Shown: one piece after another, positions 49,484 through 53,466 of the stretch | How positions within the stretch are numbered: position 1 is the first letter of the stretch | Layout of the letters: every line of letters begins with the position of its first letter | From: an uncultured Coriobacteriales bacterium | Lineage (GTDB): Bacteria > Actinomycetota > Coriobacteriia > Coriobacteriales > CAYVBA01 | DNA length: 53,466 bases | Direction: 5' to 3' | NCBI GenBank assembly: GCA_964448475.1 | Contig: CAYVBA010000002.1 | Coordinates: 1 to 53,466, forward strand | Program-made: the position numbers and the translations under genes | The notes under the pieces: generated by a model | The model's database searches: none | What the model saw: the letters and a program-made list of their open reading frames with translations, nothing else | Told to the model about the DNA's origin: nothing

Positions 49484-50623
49484 TTGGCCGTCGATTACTA
49501 CCAGGTCCTGGGCGTCGAGAAGGACGCGACCCAGAAGGACATCAAGAAAGCCTTCCACCGTAAGGCTCGTGAACTGCATCCCGACGTCAACAAGGCGGAC
49601 GACGCCGAAGAGCGCTTCAAGGAGCTCAATGAAGCCTACGACGTTCTGGGGGACGAGAAGAAGAGGAGCAACTACGACCGCTTCGGCACCGCCGGTGGTC
49701 CTGGTGGTTTTGGTGGTGGAGGCGGCTACCAGTACGTGGACATGGAGGACATCTTCGGCGGCTTCAGCATGGATGACATCTTCAGCACTTTCTTCGGAGG
49801 CGCAGCAGCCGGAGGAGGGGCGGCGACCGTCCGCAAGGAAGGTCGCGATATGGGCATCGGCCTCCGCATCACGCTCGAGGAAGCAGCAGCCGGTGCTCAG
49901 AAGGAAGTCGTCTACGATCGCCTCGCCCCGTGCGATGAATGCGGTGGTGATGGCCTCGGATCTGATGGTAAGGTCGTCACGTGTCCTACCTGCGGCGGAG
50001 CAGGTCGCGTCGTATCCACGCAGAACACCCTCTTCGGGCAGATGCAGACACAGCGCACCTGTCCTGATTGCCGCGGCATGGGTCAGACCATAGAGAACCC
50101 CTGCCCTGAATGCGAAGGCCAAGGCCGAGCACCCGACCGGGAGCGCATCACGGTTGACGTGCCGGCGGGTGTGAGGGACGGACAGAACCTCCGGGTCACG
50201 GGCTACGGTGAAGCCGGCATGAACGGTGCGGAGCCCGGAAACCTCATCATCACGGTCCGCATCGCCGACCACGACCGATTCGTCCGCGATGGCGATGACC
50301 TGCATACGAAGCACTCCATCAGCATCACCCAAGCTGCTCTGGGCGCTGATGTAGAAGTCGACGGCATCCTCGAGGGCGAGAAGGTCTCAGTGGAAGTCCC
50401 CGCCGGAGCTCAGTACAACCAGGTGATCCGTGTGAAGGGCGCCGGTATGCCGCGACGCGGGACGGACACGAGAGGAGACCTGCACCTCCATCTCGAAGTC
50501 ATCGTTCCTCGTAAGCTCACCGATGAGCAGCGCGAACTCATGGAGCAGCTGGCCGAGCTCTTCGGGGACGACGTAGCGGATCGTCGGAGCGCGTTCCAGA
50601 AGTTCAAGGACGCGCTTTCGTGA
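49484..50623 (+). CDS. dnaJ: Molecular chaperone DnaJ
   Basis: J-domain DYYQVLGV...HPDVN, a G/F-rich linker and four CxxCxGxG zinc-finger repeats. The TTG start lies 7 nt after the SD AAGGAG. Confidence 0.95.
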   Translation: MAVDYYQVLGVEKDATQKDIKKAFHRKARELHPDVNKADDAEERFKELNEAYDVLGDEKKRSNYDRFGTAGGPGGFGGGGGYQYVDMEDIFGGFSMDDIFSTFFGGAAAGGGAATVRKEGRDMGIGLRITLEEAAAGAQKEVVYDRLAPCDECGGDGLGSDGKVVTCPTCGGAGRVVSTQNTLFGQMQTQRTCPDCRGMGQTIENPCPECEGQGRAPDRERITVDVPAGVRDGQNLRVTGYGEAGMNGAEPGNLIITVRIADHDRFVRDGDDLHTKHSISITQAALGADVEVDGILEGEKVSVEVPAGAQYNQVIRVKGAGMPRRGTDTRGDLHLHLEVIVPRKLTDEQRELMEQLAELFGDDVADRRSAFQKFKDALS

Positions 50624-51942
50624 GAGATGCAGCTCGCCCGTTCACAGCGGCCGTCGTCAATCTGGGTTGCCGCGTGAACAGGGTCGAAGCCGACACGATG
50701 GAGGCGGAACTCGAAGCTCTCGGAGCCGTCCTCACCGAACCGTCGGAAGCACGAGTCATCATCATCAACACCTGCGCGGTGACCGGTATGGCTGAGAAGA
50801 AGACGCGAAAGACGGTCCGGCGGATGCACGACCTGCCTCACGGACCTGCTGTCATCGTGTCCGGCTGCGCGTCCAATCTCTCTCCGGACGTGTACGACGC
50901 TCTCGGAGAACGCGTGGTCGTCATGGAGAACAAGAGCGGTGTGGCATCCTATGCGCTCGAGCTCGTAAGTGACCTCGGTACGGCCATACCCGTCTCCGCC
51001 GTCGACGATCCGAATTCGACCACCAGTTATCACGGTCGCTCGCGGCTCGGTGTCAAGATCCAGGATGGTTGCGACAACAGGTGCACGTACTGCATCGTGT
51101 GGAAGGCACGCGGTGCAGCACATTCGATGGACGCCGAGGCCATCATCCGAGATGTCACGGAGGCGTTCGCGGCTGGTATCCCCGAGATCGTCCTCACCGG
51201 GATCGACCTCGGCAACTACGCGAGTACGGTCGGCGGTAGGCCTGTGGATCTCGCTGGTCTCATGAGCCGCATCCTCGCCAACACCGACCGAGGGCGCCTC
51301 CGCCTCTCATCCATCGAGCCCCCGAGCATCACCGATGACCTCATCGGACTCATGGCCACTGAGCCCGACCGCATCTGCCCTCATCTGCACCTGCCCCTCC
51401 AATCGGGAAGCGATACGATCCTCGCCTCCATGGCGCGTCGCTACGACAGTGCGGATTTCATGGCCCTTGTCGAGCGTTTGCGTCATGCGGTGCCTTCCAT
51501 CGCGATCACCACGGATATCATCGCTGGTTTTCCGGGCGAGAAGGAAGAGGATCACGCATCCACGCTCCGCGTTTCGCAGGATGCGGCGTTCTCGCGGATC
51601 CACGTGTTCAAGTTCTCACCACGGGAGACCACTCCTGCAGCGGAGATGGAAGGTCGGATCACTCAGCGGATCATAGATGAGCGAGCCGCTGAACTCCGCG
51701 ACCTCTCGGACCGGCTCCGCCGTGCCGATGCCGCTCGACGTGTGGGAACCACCGAGCTCGTCGTGATGGAATCGGGCGACCGCGGAACGACCGGTTCGTA
51801 TCATACGGTCCTTCTAGCCCCCGAAGAAGAGCTCCTCGAGGCGGGGATGATGGTGCGTATGGAGTTCTCGCACGTCGATCCAGCGGGGAATCTGCGTGGA
51901 CGGGTGGCACGTTCGATCGATGGAGCGGCTGGCTTGCTATAG
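50620..51942 (+). CDS. mtaB: Radical SAM methylthiotransferase, MtaB-like (tRNA t6A37 methylthiotransferase)
   Basis: UPF0004 N-domain (VVNLGCRVNRVE), radical SAM motif CDNRCTYC, and a TRAM-like C-terminus. Its position downstream of dnaJ matches the Bacillus dnaK locus. Confidence 0.8.
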   Translation: MRDAARPFTAAVVNLGCRVNRVEADTMEAELEALGAVLTEPSEARVIIINTCAVTGMAEKKTRKTVRRMHDLPHGPAVIVSGCASNLSPDVYDALGERVVVMENKSGVASYALELVSDLGTAIPVSAVDDPNSTTSYHGRSRLGVKIQDGCDNRCTYCIVWKARGAAHSMDAEAIIRDVTEAFAAGIPEIVLTGIDLGNYASTVGGRPVDLAGLMSRILANTDRGRLRLSSIEPPSITDDLIGLMATEPDRICPHLHLPLQSGSDTILASMARRYDSADFMALVERLRHAVPSIAITTDIIAGFPGEKEEDHASTLRVSQDAAFSRIHVFKFSPRETTPAAEMEGRITQRIIDERAAELRDLSDRLRRADAARRVGTTELVVMESGDRGTTGSYHTVLLAPEEELLEAGMMVRMEFSHVDPAGNLRGRVARSIDGAAGLL

Positions 51943-51976
51943 TGGAACGGGTCCGGCGATCCCACGAGGAGGCGTA

Positions 51977-52933
51977 TTGGAACAGTCCAATGTGAAGCTC
52001 ACGGTTCCGGCGACGGTGAACATGACGTCGCTGCTCGGCGTGGGGGATGAGATCCTCCGCGAGATAGAGTCCCGCTATCATGCGACCATCACCGTCCGGG
52101 GGGACCAGATCATCGTCTCCGGAGATGCTATCGAGGTGCAGGCGCTCAGCTCGCTCTTCGCGGACCTATTGCAGATGGCGGAACGCGATGAGCTCATCAC
52201 CCGTGAGTACGTTTCGCGGACCATCGATCACCTCCAGGTGGGCGATCACCTGAGCGCGGACCTGCGCGATGACATCCTGCTCACGTACCGTGGACGGGCC
52301 ATCAGGCCTCGTACCAGCGGACAGAAATCGTATATCGAAGCCATCAGGAAGAACACCATCACCTTCGGCATAGGTCCGGCGGGTACCGGCAAGACCTACC
52401 TCGCTATGGCCATGGCCGTGGCTGCGCTCAAGCGTAAGACGGTAGGGCGTATCGTGCTCACGCGACCCGTCGTGGAGGCAGGGGAGAGTCTCGGGTTCCT
52501 GCCCGGAACGCTCCAGGAGAAGGTGGATCCTTACATCAGGCCGCTCTACGACGCGCTCTTCGACATGACGGACATGGAGAAGGGCAATGCGCTCATCGAG
52601 CAAGGTGTCATAGAGATCGCACCGCTGGCGTTCATGAGAGGCCGTACGCTCAACGACGCGTTCGTAATCCTCGACGAAGCTCAGAACACCACGCCGGAGC
52701 AGATGAAGATGTTCCTGACGCGTCTCGGGTTCGGAAGCAAGATCGTCATCACGGGAGACAGGACGCAGACCGACCTCAGTGGACGTTCGGGCCTCGAAAG
52801 GATCAGAGCGGTCCTCGACGGTATCGAGGATATCGCGTTCGTGGATCTTTCAGCCAAGGACGTCGTCAGGCATTCGCTCGTCTCTAAGATCGTCACCGCG
52901 TACGAGAACTACGACGGAGGTCATGAGGAGTAG
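51977..52933 (+). CDS. phoH: PhoH-family ATPase (YbeZ-like)
   Basis: Walker A GPAGTGKTYLA, and DEAQNTTPEQMKMFLTRLG. The TTG start at 51977 lies 4 nt after the SD GAGGAGG. The ORF-track start at 51896 overlaps mtaB. Confidence 0.85.
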   Translation: MEQSNVKLTVPATVNMTSLLGVGDEILREIESRYHATITVRGDQIIVSGDAIEVQALSSLFADLLQMAERDELITREYVSRTIDHLQVGDHLSADLRDDILLTYRGRAIRPRTSGQKSYIEAIRKNTITFGIGPAGTGKTYLAMAMAVAALKRKTVGRIVLTRPVVEAGESLGFLPGTLQEKVDPYIRPLYDALFDMTDMEKGNALIEQGVIEIAPLAFMRGRTLNDAFVILDEAQNTTPEQMKMFLTRLGFGSKIVITGDRTQTDLSGRSGLERIRAVLDGIEDIAFVDLSAKDVVRHSLVSKIVTAYENYDGGHEE

Positions 52934-52935
52934 CC

Positions 52936-53388
52936 ATGGGTGTCTCGATCGATCGCAGGTCCGGAACCGTCGAACTCACGGATGAGGAGATCGCTGCTCT
53001 CGTGAGCGCGACACTCGACCACGAAGGGGCCGATCCCGATCTGGAAGTATCGATCGCGTTCGTGGACAAGGCTGAGATCTCCGAGCTCAACTCCACGTAC
53101 CGAGGGAAGCCCGGACCGACGGATGTCCTCTCGTTCGAACTGGACGATCCCTGGGTCGACCGTCCTGATGGACGAGGCGTCCTCATAGGTGACGTCATCA
53201 TCTCACCTGAGGTCGCCCTCGAGCAGATGGAGGAGTACGGAACCACACCACAGGAGGAGTTCGCGCTCCTGATCGTGCATGGCGTGCTGCATCTTCTCGG
53301 TCACGACCATATCGAGGACGCCGAAGCGGAGGAGATGGAGTCCCGCGAGCGCGGGATCCTCGAGAGCGCAGGATACGATCTCCCATGA
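52936..53388 (+). CDS. ybeY: rRNA maturation endoribonuclease YbeY
   Basis: Zinc motif HGVLHLLGHDH, and TDVLSF. Confidence 0.9.
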   Translation: MGVSIDRRSGTVELTDEEIAALVSATLDHEGADPDLEVSIAFVDKAEISELNSTYRGKPGPTDVLSFELDDPWVDRPDGRGVLIGDVIISPEVALEQMEEYGTTPQEEFALLIVHGVLHLLGHDHIEDAEAEEMESRERGILESAGYDLP

Positions 53389-53466
53389 CGACTCCGGGAA
53401 AACCGCAGCACATGACGCTGCTTCGATCGTTCCGCTGTGCACTCAGCGGATATCCGCAAGCGTTCG
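53385..53466 (+). CDS. 5' end of a CDS running off the window, possibly diacylglycerol/undecaprenol kinase
   Basis: ATGA overlap with the ybeY stop. The visible 27 aa (..LLRSFRCALSGYPQAF) resemble the DgkA N-terminus, and phoH-ybeY-dgkA is a common order. Confidence 0.4.
   Translation, partial: MTTPGKPQHMTLLRSFRCALSGYPQAF

Noticed and set aside
48477-50623. hrcA followed directly by dnaJ with no grpE-dnaK, considered as a possible deletion.
   Set aside because: An hrcA-dnaJ pair separate from the dnaK-grpE operon is, to my knowledge, the normal arrangement in Actinomycetota.

Overview
The window is a densely packed, almost entirely plus-strand stretch of core housekeeping genes from a high-GC Gram-positive genome. 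The gene order points to Actinomycetota, probably a Coriobacteriia-like lineage (inference): obg-proB-proA-nadD-yqeK-rsfS, actinobacterial mihF-gmk-rpoZ, hrcA-dnaJ, and a Bacillus-style pyrR-pyrB-pyrC-carA-carB-pyrK-pyrD-pyrF-pyrE operon. In order, the window contains: rodA; a DUF697-like protein; a radical-SAM/DUF2344/short RNase E-G module; rplU-rpmA; the obg-to-rsfS run; convergent dinB; nfo-cbiA-cobO-CDF; ileS-lspA-rluD; a GT2 synthase; a C26 amidotransferase; divergent zur and znuACB; the pyr operon; mihF-gmk-rpoZ-thiI; comEA-comEC-holA; a metallophosphoesterase and rpsT on the minus strand; then lepA-dusB-hemW, hrcA-dnaJ-mtaB, and phoH-ybeY-dgkA'. I found no rRNA or tRNA genes, CRISPR arrays, transposases, integrases, prophage genes or recognisable defence or toxin-antitoxin modules. 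I therefore cannot point to a clear-cut novel system here. The items most worth a second look are: (1) a carA reduced to its N-terminal domain, with no glutaminase domain, inside an otherwise intact pyr operon; (2) the conserved but functionally unassigned radical-SAM + DUF2344 + minimal RNase E/G trio upstream of rplU-rpmA-obg; (3) a tightly coupled nfo-cbiA-cobO-CDF unit; (4) an orphan processive GT2 synthase. Supportable regulatory elements are a CIRCE operator fused to the hrcA promoter, a candidate Zur operator, a PyrR-type attenuator leader and several intrinsic terminators. Several ORF-track entries carry spurious N-terminal extensions; I trimmed these using SD motifs and stop/start junctions. 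All family assignments rest on motif recognition by eye, not on database searches.
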